DNA from: Gammaproteobacteria bacterium | GTDB taxonomy: Bacteria; Pseudomonadota; Gammaproteobacteria; Eutrophobiales; Eutrophobiaceae | Direction of reading: 5' to 3' | Length of the DNA stretch: 64,000 bases | Assembly (NCBI GenBank): GCA_963422205.2 | Contig: CAXMWX010000001.1 | Span: 416,001-480,000 of the forward strand | Shown: one piece after another, positions 38,258-48,044 of the stretch | Layout: every line of letters starts with the position of its first letter | Numbering within the stretch: the stretch's first letter is position 1 | The notes under the pieces: generated by a model | What the model saw: the letters and a program-made list of their open reading frames with translations, nothing else | Database searches by the model: none | What the model was told of the DNA's origin: nothing | Translations under genes and position numbers: made by a program

Positions 38258-40342
38258 ATGAAACAGGCCAGAAGAGAATTTCAATTCGGTAATACATCGC
38301 TCATCCTGGAGACCGGCAAGATTGCCCGGCAGGCATCGGCGGCGGTGGTGGTGAGCATGGGGGATACAGTGGTACTGGTCACCTGTGTGGCGAGCAAGAC
38401 AGCCAGGGAAGGGCAGGATTTTTTCCCCTTAACGGTAGACTACCAGGAAAAGACCTATGCGGCCGGCAAGATCCCGGGCGGGTTTTTCAAGCGTGAAGGC
38501 CGTCCCTCGGAAAAAGAAACGCTCACTTGCCGGCTGATTGACAGGCCGATCAGACCGCTGTTCCCCAGGGCATTCAGGAATGAGGTGCAGATCATCGCCA
38601 CGGTATTATCACTGGACCCGGAAATCGATCCCGATATCCCCGCCATGATCGGCGCCTCAGCCGCTGTGGTGCTCTCCGGTGCGCCTTTTAACGGGCCTAT
38701 AGGTGCTGCCAGGGTAGGGTATCGTAACGGGCAATATCTGTTAAACCCGACGTTCTCTGATCTAACCACATCACAACTGGATTTGGTCGTGGCGGGCACC
38801 CAGCGCTCTGTCCTGATGGTCGAATCCGAGGCGCGGCTGTTATCGGAAGAGGTGATGCTGGGCGCGGTGACCTACGGGCATGAGCAAATGCAGGTGGTGA
38901 TCGACAACATCCGGCAGTTGGCCGATGCCGCCGGTGTCAAGCCCTGGGACTGGCAACCCCCGGCAGCCGATACGGTGTTGCAGGCGGAAGTGGAAAAACG
39001 CTGTGCTGATCTGCTGCGTGAAGCCTATGCCATCACGGATAAACTGAGCCGCCGAGAGCGCATTGCAGAGATTACCCAGGAGGTCAGCGAGGGCATATTG
39101 GAAGCCTTTGATGAGCGGTGGTCTGAAGCCGCCGTCCACAGCATGATTGAAGCCCTGGAAAGCAGCACTGTGCGTGGCGGCATCATTGCCGGCGAGCCGC
39201 GTATTGATGGCCGTGATAACAAGACCATCCGTGCCGTCTCTGCGGAGGCTGGGGTATTGCCACGTACCCACGGTTCGGCCTTGTTTACCCGTGGTGAAAC
39301 CCAGGCCCTGGTCGTGGTGACCCTGGGCACAGACCGGGATGCACAGATCATTGATGCCATCGAGGGCGAACGCCGAGATCCCTTCATGCTGCACTATAAC
39401 TTTCCGCCTTTCTGTGTGGGGGAGACTGGCCGGGTCGGCTCGCCCAAACGCCGCGAAATCGGCCATGGTCGGCTGGCCAAACGCGGTGTCATGGCCGTCA
39501 TGCCGAAGCCGGAGGATTTTCCCTATGTCATTCGGGTCGTCTCCGAGATCACCGAGTCGAACGGCTCCAGTTCAATGGCGTCTGTGTGTGGTACCAGCCT
39601 GGCCTTGATGGATGCGGGTGTGAACATCAAGGCACCGGTTGCCGGCATTGCGATGGGCTTGATCAAAGAGGGCGAGAAATTCGTGGTCTTGTCGGACATT
39701 ATGGGTGATGAGGATCACCTGGGTGATATGGATTTCAAAGTGGCTGGTTCAGAGGCCGGCATCAGCGCCTTGCAGATGGACATTAAAATAGATGGCATCA
39801 CCAGCGAGATCATGCAGGTTGCCCTGCAACAGGCGAGGGAAGGGCGGCTGCATATTCTGGGCGAGATGAAGCGGGCATTGGCTGCGCCCAGGGAGAAGAT
39901 GTCCGAACATGCCCCGCGTATTACCTCGTTGAAGATCAACCCTGACAAGATTCGCGATGTCATTGGCAAGGGCGGGTCGACGATTCGTGCGATCACCGAG
40001 GAGACCGGCACCACCATCGATATTGATGATGACGGGACGGTGAAGATCTACTCCAGTGACAAGACCGCCAGCGATCAGGCGCGCCAGCGCATTGAGGACT
40101 TAACCGCCGACATTGAGGTCGGCAAGATTTACGAAGGCCGGGTGGCCAAGCTGATGGACTTCGGTGCGTTTGTCAATATTCTGCCCGGTAAAGACGGCCT
40201 GGTGCATATCTCACAAATCTCAGAAGAGCGAGTGGAAAATGTCTCTGATAACCTGGCCGAGGGCGATGCGGTCAAGGTCAAGGTGCTGGAGATCGATCGC
40301 CAGGGCCGGGTGCGCCTGAGCATGAAGGCCGTCAACGGATAG
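38258..40342 (+). CDS. pnp: Polyribonucleotide nucleotidyltransferase
   Basis: [42 protein letters not shown] and S1 domains. Confidence 0.98.
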   Translation: MKQARREFQFGNTSLILETGKIARQASAAVVVSMGDTVVLVTCVASKTAREGQDFFPLTVDYQEKTYAAGKIPGGFFKREGRPSEKETLTCRLIDRPIRPLFPRAFRNEVQIIATVLSLDPEIDPDIPAMIGASAAVVLSGAPFNGPIGAARVGYRNGQYLLNPTFSDLTTSQLDLVVAGTQRSVLMVESEARLLSEEVMLGAVTYGHEQMQVVIDNIRQLADAAGVKPWDWQPPAADTVLQAEVEKRCADLLREAYAITDKLSRRERIAEITQEVSEGILEAFDERWSEAAVHSMIEALESSTVRGGIIAGEPRIDGRDNKTIRAVSAEAGVLPRTHGSALFTRGETQALVVVTLGTDRDAQIIDAIEGERRDPFMLHYNFPPFCVGETGRVGSPKRREIGHGRLAKRGVMAVMPKPEDFPYVIRVVSEITESNGSSSMASVCGTSLALMDAGVNIKAPVAGIAMGLIKEGEKFVVLSDIMGDEDHLGDMDFKVAGSEAGISALQMDIKIDGITSEIMQVALQQAREGRLHILGEMKRALAAPREKMSEHAPRITSLKINPDKIRDVIGKGGSTIRAITEETGTTIDIDDDGTVKIYSSDKTASDQARQRIEDLTADIEVGKIYEGRVAKLMDFGAFVNILPGKDGLVHISQISEERVENVSDNLAEGDAVKVKVLEIDRQGRVRLSMKAVNG

Positions 40343-40579
40343 CGGCAAGCCAGCCGTCATGCTCGCCTGCGCTGCGGTTTTTCGAATGGCGCGCTGGTGT
40401 TCATGAGTTAAGGATTAACCGGGGAGTGCTGCATTGGCGGAAATGATAAAAGACGCGCACAGCCGCATGACGGCGGGTGAGAGAAGGCTGGCGCGGCGCG
40501 GATGTCGGTGGGCTAGGGCGGGCGCCTGTTGTTGGTGTCAGGCAGATCCGTCTTCGACTCCAAGCTTCGGGGATGGGCA

Positions 40580-42151
40580 TTAAAATAAACTTGGGACATG
40601 ACAGGCCATACCAGGTTTACGTTTTTGTATTTGGCAGGTGTTTCCCGACATATCCAATGATACACTTTCAATGATACACTTTTCCTCATTGAAGATAAAA
40701 TGGATCGAGAGACAGTTACTAGCATTGCTTTTGCCTAGTGTGATATGCGGTTCGAAAAGTCGTCTTGAACCCTTATAGAGGAATTTGTAACGCTCTCCGT
40801 ATTTGCCTTTGGTGGTTGGCGAAATCCTACGCTTGGCGGGCAAGTTACGTTTCTTGAGATTCTTAATTACACTCCCGATACTCGCCCCGGTATTTTGTTG
40901 TCCCTGCAACTCGCCAGTGATTTCATTGATATCCCTTAGCGCCTCAAATACTTCACCAGGGCGTTGATAAGGACTGTCATTAGCGGCCTCAACGGCTGAT
41001 GGAAGGATTTCTATAGTATCGGAATACAACTCGGCGGCCCTCTCTACCGCTTCAGCGACTGATGAGATAGGAATTTCTTTATCTGTGAGGAATTCATTTA
41101 TCGGATTCGACAATATGACCTGTTGGTTAGCCCGCAGGTTCGCATTCTCATTTTCCAGTTCTTGAATCTTTTTTTCGTATTCATTCAACTTACGCAGATC
41201 ACTTTCGTATTCATCCAAGAATTCGTTAGTATTTTTCTCCTTTATCTCCTCAAGCCTTTTTCGTCGCTCTGCGGCCTCTGCCTCCTGGATTACTTTTGTA
41301 ATTCGCTGATCTGGCACGAAGCCATAGGCTGCCACTGAAAACACTGCACGCTCTATTGCCTTCATGGCAGCAGTTCCACCCACCTGTTTAATCCAGTCGC
41401 CGAAGAATAAACGATGTTTTTTAGGATAATCTTCTTTCGAGAAACCAGGCCAATATATGCGTGCTGCTCCATTAAAACAGGAAAGCTGTTGGCCAACCTT
41501 GTCGCTGAAATTCCATGTAACTCTCGGTTCGTCAAAACAACATACTATCGCCACGCCAGCAAGATTTTCAGCCAGTTTTTTCGCATCAATATGGTTTTTG
41601 TTGACACTATCATACGGCGATAAAAGCACGACTGGAAGCTGTCGGCGGCTACTTGCAAGCAATACCAGCAAATCATCCAAGTCATGCCATCCTAATAGAT
41701 GGAGTGCAGCATGTACCCACCTGTCGTTGACAAAAACAGAGGTTTGCATGCAAATATCACGAACGACACGAGGCGAACCAATAGCCGGCCTCTCAGGCGT
41801 AACCACGTAGTCCAGGAACTCAACATGTATTAGATGTTCAACACTGCAATCATCTTCAAACTGCCCAATCCGAATATTGTTTAACCACTGAAGGTTATCG
41901 TCATTTTGTCTGGGGTAGCGCCATGACAGGCTGATGACATTCCCCGCATCGCTTTCGTATAACCTTGATTCAAGGCGGTGATGTTCGGGTAAATTCTCAG
42001 CTTGAGAGGTCTTTGGGTCGAAATTAAACTCAGTTATCTTGTGGCCTTCACGATAATGGTTTACTACCCAGTCACGGTAGGCATTGGAAACAGTAGTGAT
42101 CCCTGCTTTGTCATGAACTTCAAATCTGCATGCGTAGAGAAGTTGAGCCAT
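40580..42151 (-). CDS. Uncharacterised 523-aa protein with central coiled coil and possible C-terminal RelE-like toxin domain; C-terminus frameshifted by a 14-bp duplication
   Basis: Long AT-rich ORF; LPVVLLS...LAGVA...SCFNGAARIYWPG, charged coiled-coil segment, then FEPHITLGK..CLSIHF; the alternative ending CIIGYVGKHLPNTKT* lies in another frame. Confidence 0.65.
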   Translation of the reverse strand: MAQLLYACRFEVHDKAGITTVSNAYRDWVVNHYREGHKITEFNFDPKTSQAENLPEHHRLESRLYESDAGNVISLSWRYPRQNDDNLQWLNNIRIGQFEDDCSVEHLIHVEFLDYVVTPERPAIGSPRVVRDICMQTSVFVNDRWVHAALHLLGWHDLDDLLVLLASSRRQLPVVLLSPYDSVNKNHIDAKKLAENLAGVAIVCCFDEPRVTWNFSDKVGQQLSCFNGAARIYWPGFSKEDYPKKHRLFFGDWIKQVGGTAAMKAIERAVFSVAAYGFVPDQRITKVIQEAEAAERRKRLEEIKEKNTNEFLDEYESDLRKLNEYEKKIQELENENANLRANQQVILSNPINEFLTDKEIPISSVAEAVERAAELYSDTIEILPSAVEAANDSPYQRPGEVFEALRDINEITGELQGQQNTGASIGSVIKNLKKRNLPAKRRISPTTKGKYGERYKFLYKGSRRLFEPHITLGKSNASNCLSIHFIFNEEKCIIESVSLDMSGNTCQIQKRKPGMACHVPSLF

Positions 42152-42200
42152 TTGGTGATCCCATATTCACAATCGACTGCTTTAATAGTACCACGAAAAG

Positions 42201-43253
42201 TGTATGTATAACTTCAGAAACACACTGCACTACTCAGAGAGAAAGCGAGAGCACTATCAGCATATAGGGTATCGAATAAAAGACTTTTATCGCACGGGCA
42301 GCCATGCAATAAGGGCGGACATGAATAATCAAATCGCCGCACAGCGTCCCTGCTTGCGTGCTGCGTGCAGGCAAGTCAGTGTGCTTAGATTCTGGGACAA
42401 GCATGGCCTGACCCGCCCTTGACCACAGTGGCAGTGGTTCGACAAGCTCACCCACCAGAGCCGCCGTACCCTGTATGCCTGGCGCAAAGCCTACCGCGAG
42501 TGGGGACTGTCTGGCTTGTGTCCGACCCCCAAAGCACCGAAGCGCACTCGCCGCTGACCACAAGCGGTTATCCAGCAGATACGCCAACGGCGCCAAGACC
42601 TGCCCAATCTGGATAAAGAGCAGTGTCAGGTACTGCTCAGATCCTGGTGTCAGGCCAGGGGATTGCCCTGTCCCAGTACTTCGACCATTGGCCGCCCTGT
42701 CTGTGCGGGTACGCAGACGGGCTGATTGCCGATACCCCCGACAAGAGGCGAATCTCACCCCCGGCCTTGAGCCCGAAGGGGAAAGCCAAAGCCTATCGAA
42801 GAACCCCCGTCACACGCCGCCCTAAAGGCTATCGCCCCAGCCAGATTGGCGAGTGTGTGGGACTGGACGCCATCGAGCGGCGTAGGCAGGTGGCCGGGGG
42901 GTATCTCCTCACCTCTATTGACGAAGCCAGTGGCTATGCCTTAGTCCTGGCGGTGCCGAAACGGAGCAGCCAAGCTGCCAGAGACTTCTTTGAGACGTGT
43001 TTCCGCTTGACCCCCTTCCCCATCCAGCAGGTGATTACCGACAGTGGCGTTACGTTCAAGGGCGCGTTTGACCAACGGCTCAATGATAGTCAGATCCTGC
43101 ATCTATACACCTATCCCAAAACCCCCAAAATGAATGCCGTGGCTGGTGAGCTTGCCGAACCATCTGTGAGCGTTCTAATCGCACCATGGTTGGTGAGCCT
43201 GCCGAACCATATCCAGTACAACAAAAAGGGCAATATAGTGGTGGGCGCATACA
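42201..43253 (+). mobile_element. IS481-family-like element remnant 2 (both ends present, transposase pseudogene)
   Basis: Starts TGTATG...CACACTGCAC and ends ...CATACA; fragments LRFWDKHGL, SRRTLYAWRK, PSTSTIGRLIAD, GECVGLDAIE, QQVITDSG.TFKG.F, HLYTYPKTPKMNA; 3' part highly similar to 20506-20953. Confidence 0.82.
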
Positions 43254-43294
43254 TGGGATTGACTTATTTATCGTAAAAGTGCAGTCTTCACGTC

Positions 43295-43555
43295 ATGAAC
43301 ACGGTGGCTTTTGATACGCATCACTTTGTCAAGCGGCTGACCGAGGCCGGGATGCCGGAGCAACAGGCCGAAGTGCTGGCCGAGGAACAGACGCACCTGA
43401 TCGAAAGCCACCTGGCCACCAAGCAGGACATCAAAGAACTTGAAGCGCGACTCCGGCAAGATATTGCCGAGTGCAAGACGGATATTGTCAAATGGATGTT
43501 TGCCGCGCTGATAGGCCAGGGCGGCCTTATCGTTGCCCTGATCAAGCTGCTCTAG
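43295..43555 (+). CDS. DUF1640/CCDC90-like coiled-coil protein, copy 1
   Basis: FDTHHFVKRLTEAGMPEQQAEVL, LATKQDI, DIVKWM plus C-terminal transmembrane segment. Confidence 0.8.
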   Translation: MNTVAFDTHHFVKRLTEAGMPEQQAEVLAEEQTHLIESHLATKQDIKELEARLRQDIAECKTDIVKWMFAALIGQGGLIVALIKLL

Positions 43556-43638
43556 GTCGGGCGCCTCTGTCACTGGCTAACGCCCTTTACCTTCCATCGC
43601 CGTTGACTTGTTTATCGTAAAAGTGCAGTCTTCACGTC

Positions 43639-43965
43639 ATGAACACGGTGGCTTTTGATACGCATCACTTCGTCAAGCGGCTGACCGAGGCCGGGATGCC
43701 GGAGCAACAGGCCGAAGTGCTAGCCGAGGAACAGACGCACCTGATCGAAAGCCACCTGGCCACCAAGCAGGATATCATTGAGGTGAAGCGCGAGATCAAG
43801 GCGCTGGAGACGCAGCTGACTACCAACATCAAGGCGCTGGAGACACGCCTAACCGCCGAGATCACCGCGCGGATTGCCGAGTGCAAGACGGATATTGTCA
43901 AATGGATGTTTGCCGCGCTGATAGGCCAGGGCGGCCTTATCGTTGCCCTGATCAAGCTGCTCTAG
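43639..43965 (+). CDS. DUF1640/CCDC90-like coiled-coil protein, copy 2 (22 aa longer stalk)
   Basis: Termini identical to copy 1; centre contains IKALETQLTTN-IKALETRLTAE. Confidence 0.8.
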   Translation: MNTVAFDTHHFVKRLTEAGMPEQQAEVLAEEQTHLIESHLATKQDIIEVKREIKALETQLTTNIKALETRLTAEITARIAECKTDIVKWMFAALIGQGGLIVALIKLL

Positions 43966-44378
43966 GTCGGGCGCCTCTGTCACTGGCTAACGCCCTGCAC
44001 CTTCAGTAACGCAATAACGCCCGTTGGCCCGCCATCCGTTTCAGGCGCAAGTGACATGCTGCACCATTTTTCGGGATTGCAGTATCCATGCTTTCCCTCA
44101 AGGGGCTGATCACGGGATTGGCCGCCATCGCCGGGCTTTACTGTGGCTTGGGCGGGCAGATGACGCTGACGTTTTTGTCGGATTTTAAGAAGAAGTACCC
44201 AACCAATCCGGTGGCCGCTGGTGAAACAGACAGAGAACAGCGACGGGTTCACGGCAGGCACCCCCATCCATGGATGTGGTTTTAACAGCAGAACACGCTA
44301 CAATAGGATTGAGATGTTGCCAGATACTGCCCGGCATGGGGTTATCCGGCTGATCCGACCTTAAACAGACGATGCGCT

Positions 44379-44849
44379 ATGGCGATTACATTCATCCTTA
44401 ACGGGCGAGAGACGGCAGTTGATGTCGAGCCGGAGATGCCCTTGTTATGGGTGTTGCGCGATGTGCTGAATCTGACCGGCACCAAGTTCGCCTGCGGTAT
44501 TGGTGCTTGCGGGGCCTGCACGGTGCAACTTAACGGCCAGGCAGCACGCAGTTGTGTCTTGCCGGTATCTGCCGTCACCGGGGCTGAGGTCACCACCATT
44601 GAAGGTCTGGCCGAGTATGATGGTTTGAACCCCCTGCAACTGGCCTGGATCGAACACCAGGTGCCGCAGTGTGGCTATTGCCAGTCCGGTCTGCTCATGG
44701 CGGTCAGTGCGCTGCTGAATAAAAACCCTGCTGCTGATACCGAGGAGTTGCGCCAGGCTGTGACGAATATCTGCCGCTGTGGCAGCTATGAGGCGGTGAA
44801 GCGGGCGGTGCAGTCCCTCACAGAGAAAGCGGAAGCGGCAGATGCCTAG
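44379..44849 (+). CDS. (2Fe-2S) subunit, isoquinoline 1-oxidoreductase alpha-like
   Basis: GTKFACGIGACGACTV, QCGYCQSG, NICRCGSY. Confidence 0.9.
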   Translation: MAITFILNGRETAVDVEPEMPLLWVLRDVLNLTGTKFACGIGACGACTVQLNGQAARSCVLPVSAVTGAEVTTIEGLAEYDGLNPLQLAWIEHQVPQCGYCQSGLLMAVSALLNKNPAADTEELRQAVTNICRCGSYEAVKRAVQSLTEKAEAADA

Positions 44850-47031
44850 ACTAAGTCGGCGCGGTTTTCTGATCAGCGGCGGTGTGGTGGGCGGTGCCAT
44901 GCTGCTGGGCTACCTGTTCATCCCCAGACGCCTGGCCTTGCATCCTGCCGCCAGCAACACGCAGACCTGGCTGACAAGCTGGGTCAGTGTCAATGCGGAT
45001 AATACGATTACGGTGTTAGTGCCACAGGCCGAGATGGGGCAGGGGGTGTTGACTACCTTGCCGATGATGCTGGCCGAGGAGATGGAGGCGGACTGGGACC
45101 TGGTCAGGATCGAGACCGCCCCGGCGTCTGGTTTTTATGTCACCGACAATATCGCCCAGGGATTTACTGTCGGCGAGGTGGCCATGCCAGCCGCCTTGCA
45201 GCGCTTGCTGGATTACGCCTTCTACCAGGCCGCCAATGTGATGGACTTGCAGATCACCGGCGGCAGTGCCAGCGTCAGGTTTACCGGCCAATGGGGTATG
45301 CGTCGGGCGGGGGCGGCTGCCAGGGCGATGCTGATTGAGGCGGCGGCCGAGCGCTGGGCGGTTGACCCGGCGGCATGTTATGCCAGATTGAGTGAGGTCA
45401 GACATGATGGCAGTGGTCGCCATGCGAGCTTTGGCGAGCTGGCAGAGGCGGCGGCGGCAATACCACCTCCCTTGCAGCCGGCGTTAAAACGGCCGGAAGA
45501 TTACACCCTCTGCGGACGCTCTGTTGCCAGGCGTGATGTGCCAGCGAAGGTCACGGGCGAGCAGCACTATGCCATGGATGTGCGGCTTGAGAATATGCAC
45601 TATGCGGCGGTCAGGCATGCGCCGGTGTTTGGCGGCGAGGTCGCCTCCTATGATGCGGAGGCAATCAAAAATGCTCCCGGTATCCGTGATGTGATTCAGA
45701 TCCCCGGCGCCATGGTGGTGACTGCCGATAACTATTGGCGTGCCAGCCAGGCCGTGAATGCCATGTCGATTGAGTTCAGCGATGGTGAACAGGCTGACTT
45801 TAGCACAGCCGCCCTGTTTGAGACCCTGGCCGAGAAGCTGACGGGCGGTGAGGTGGAGGCAGACCTTGAACAAGGCGATGCCAGCCAGCAACTGGCCCTG
45901 ACAGGGTCGCCGATAACGGCGGAATACCGGGTGCCGTTTCTTGCCCATGCCACCATGGAGCCGATGAACTGCACGGCACATTGGGAGGCCAGCAAACTGA
46001 CGCTGTGGGTGGGTACGCAGGATCCGTTAGGCACCCGTGCGCTGGCGGCAAAGGTGGCCGATGTGGCTATGGAGGCGGTGACCCTGAACCCCATGCAACT
46101 GGGCGGCGGCTTCGGTCGCCGAATATCGTTCACGGGCAATTTTGTTGAGGATGCCGTGCATGTGGCAAAACACGTGGATTATCCGGTGCAGGTGATCTGG
46201 TCACGTGAAGAGGATATGCAGCACGATTACTACCGGCCGGCGACCATCAGCCGCTTTGTGGCCGCCCTGAACGCCAAAGGGGCGCCCGAGGCATGGCGCA
46301 ATCACTACACCGACATCGGCGTCAACCAGGCACGGGCGGCGGCCTTCCCGCCATACCAGATAGCCCATCAGGAAATCGGCCGGGTGACCCATGAGACACC
46401 TGTGCCGGTCAGTTACTGGCGCAGCGTGGAGCATTCCTACCAGGGCTTCTTCATCGAGTCTTTTATCGATGAGCTAGCACACCATGCCGCCGTTGATCCG
46501 CTGGCCTATCGCCTGCGCCTGTTGGTTGAGAAGCCACGCTACCAGGCGGTCTTGCGCCTGGCCGCCGATAAGGCAGGCTGGGGCAAGCCCTTGCCGGAGC
46601 GCACGGCCTTAGGCGTGGCGATCGTGGAGAGTTTCGGTACGATTGTTGCCGAAATCGCACGGGTTAAGGTGAGCGATACAGTTGAGGTAGAGCAGATTGT
46701 GGCCGTGGCTGATCCGGGCGAGTTGATCAATCCGGCCACCGCCCGGGCGCAGATCGAGAGCGGCATCCTGTTCGGTTTGACGGCCGCCCTGTATGGCAGG
46801 ATAACCGTGGAGAAGGGCCGGGTGGTGCAGACCAACTTTCCGAATTACCCGATGATCAAGCTGGCCGATGCACCGGATATCGAGGTGTGTTTCATTGAGA
46901 GCAGGGCGGTGATCGGTGGCATGGGCGAAGTCGGCACCCCGCCTGTGGCAGCGGCGGTCACGAATGCGATCTTTGCCGCCACGGGCAAGCGCCTGCGGGA
47001 ATTGCCAATTAAGGATCAGTCCCTGTCCTGA
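44842..47031 (+). CDS. Molybdopterin subunit, isoquinoline 1-oxidoreductase beta-like, Tat-exported
   Basis: SRRGFL Tat motif, AEMGQGV, TGGSASV, HATMEPMNCTA, LGGGFGRR, GGMGEVGTPPVAAAVTNAIFAATGKRLR. Confidence 0.9.
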   Translation: MPRLSRRGFLISGGVVGGAMLLGYLFIPRRLALHPAASNTQTWLTSWVSVNADNTITVLVPQAEMGQGVLTTLPMMLAEEMEADWDLVRIETAPASGFYVTDNIAQGFTVGEVAMPAALQRLLDYAFYQAANVMDLQITGGSASVRFTGQWGMRRAGAAARAMLIEAAAERWAVDPAACYARLSEVRHDGSGRHASFGELAEAAAAIPPPLQPALKRPEDYTLCGRSVARRDVPAKVTGEQHYAMDVRLENMHYAAVRHAPVFGGEVASYDAEAIKNAPGIRDVIQIPGAMVVTADNYWRASQAVNAMSIEFSDGEQADFSTAALFETLAEKLTGGEVEADLEQGDASQQLALTGSPITAEYRVPFLAHATMEPMNCTAHWEASKLTLWVGTQDPLGTRALAAKVADVAMEAVTLNPMQLGGGFGRRISFTGNFVEDAVHVAKHVDYPVQVIWSREEDMQHDYYRPATISRFVAALNAKGAPEAWRNHYTDIGVNQARAAAFPPYQIAHQEIGRVTHETPVPVSYWRSVEHSYQGFFIESFIDELAHHAAVDPLAYRLRLLVEKPRYQAVLRLAADKAGWGKPLPERTALGVAIVESFGTIVAEIARVKVSDTVEVEQIVAVADPGELINPATARAQIESGILFGLTAALYGRITVEKGRVVQTNFPNYPMIKLADAPDIEVCFIESRAVIGGMGEVGTPPVAAAVTNAIFAATGKRLRELPIKDQSLS

Positions 47032-47194
47032 CCGCTGCCATGCGACCGGGCGATGTTCAGGCACAGCACCTGTCATCGGCAGGTTGCACATGATGAGCGA
47101 CGGCGAATGGTATCCGGCCCTGGCCACAGGCAAGCCGTGTATTTTCCCCGGTATTTAGGTAGCATGCATTGTTTTGTAGACGTGAGGCATCACC

Positions 47195-48043
47195 ATGCAG
47201 ATGAGCAGCCGGGAATTTGCCGCCCGGGAGCGCAAGGCGGTCACCTTGCTGGGCATGTCTGGGGTGGGCAAAACCACGCTGGCACGGGTGATACGGCGGG
47301 ATAACTGGTTTCACTATTCAGGTGATTACCGCATCGGCACCCGTTATCTGGATGAGCCGATACTGGACAACATCAAGCAACACGCCATGCAGGTGGCGCT
47401 GCTGCAAGACCTGCTGCGCTCGGATTCGATTCATATTGCCAACAACCTGGACATCGACAACCTGACGCCGCTGTCGACTTTTCTGGGCAAGCTGGGCGAT
47501 CCTGAGATGGGCGGCCTGGCGCTGGATGAGTTTCGCCGCCGTCAACGGCTGCACCACCAGGCCGAGGCGGCCAGCATGCACGATGTGCCGGAGTTCATCA
47601 ACAAAGTCCATACCGTATACGGCTATGCCCATTTCGTCAATGATGCCGGCGGCAGTTTATGTGAAATGGATGACGATGTGTTTGCCGTGCTGGCTGAACA
47701 CACCCTCATTTTGTATATCAAGGCCAGCGCCCAAGATGAGCAGGCGTTGATCAGGCGTGCCGATCAAGCACCCAAGCCGTTATATTATCAGCCGGATTTT
47801 CTGGCCGCTCAACTGGTCGCATACATGCAGGAAAATTCACTGGGCTATGTTGCCGAGATCAACCCGGACGACTTTGTCCGCTGGATCTTTCCGTACCTGT
47901 TGCAGGTTCGTCTGCCACGCTATCAGGCGATAGCCCGCCGCTACGGCTACACCGTAACCAGCGATGAGGCAGCCGCTATTGTCGATGAGCAGAGTTTTAT
48001 CCAGCTCATCTGCCGTGCCATTGACAGACAGGCGAGCGCCTGA
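47195..48043 (+). CDS. Uncharacterised P-loop ATPase/kinase adjacent to metA
   Basis: GMSGVGKTT Walker A, WFHYSGDYRIGTRYL, NDAGGSLCE, PKPLYY. Confidence 0.75.
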   Translation: MQMSSREFAARERKAVTLLGMSGVGKTTLARVIRRDNWFHYSGDYRIGTRYLDEPILDNIKQHAMQVALLQDLLRSDSIHIANNLDIDNLTPLSTFLGKLGDPEMGGLALDEFRRRQRLHHQAEAASMHDVPEFINKVHTVYGYAHFVNDAGGSLCEMDDDVFAVLAEHTLILYIKASAQDEQALIRRADQAPKPLYYQPDFLAAQLVAYMQENSLGYVAEINPDDFVRWIFPYLLQVRLPRYQAIARRYGYTVTSDEAAAIVDEQSFIQLICRAIDRQASA

Positions 48044-48044
48044 C

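Larger units (their letters stand above)
43259..44004. repeat. Tandem duplication of promoter + DUF1640 gene + 3' flank
   Basis: Units 43259-43594 and 43603-44004 share TTGACTT(A/G)TTTATCGTAAAAGTGCAGTCTTCACGTCATG and TAGGTCGGGCGCCTCTGTCACTGGCTAACGCCCT. Confidence 0.9.

Noticed and set aside
44088-44285. 65-aa ORF between the DUF1640 pair and the oxidoreductase genes
   Set aside because: No RBS or recognisable family; cannot be supported from sequence alone.
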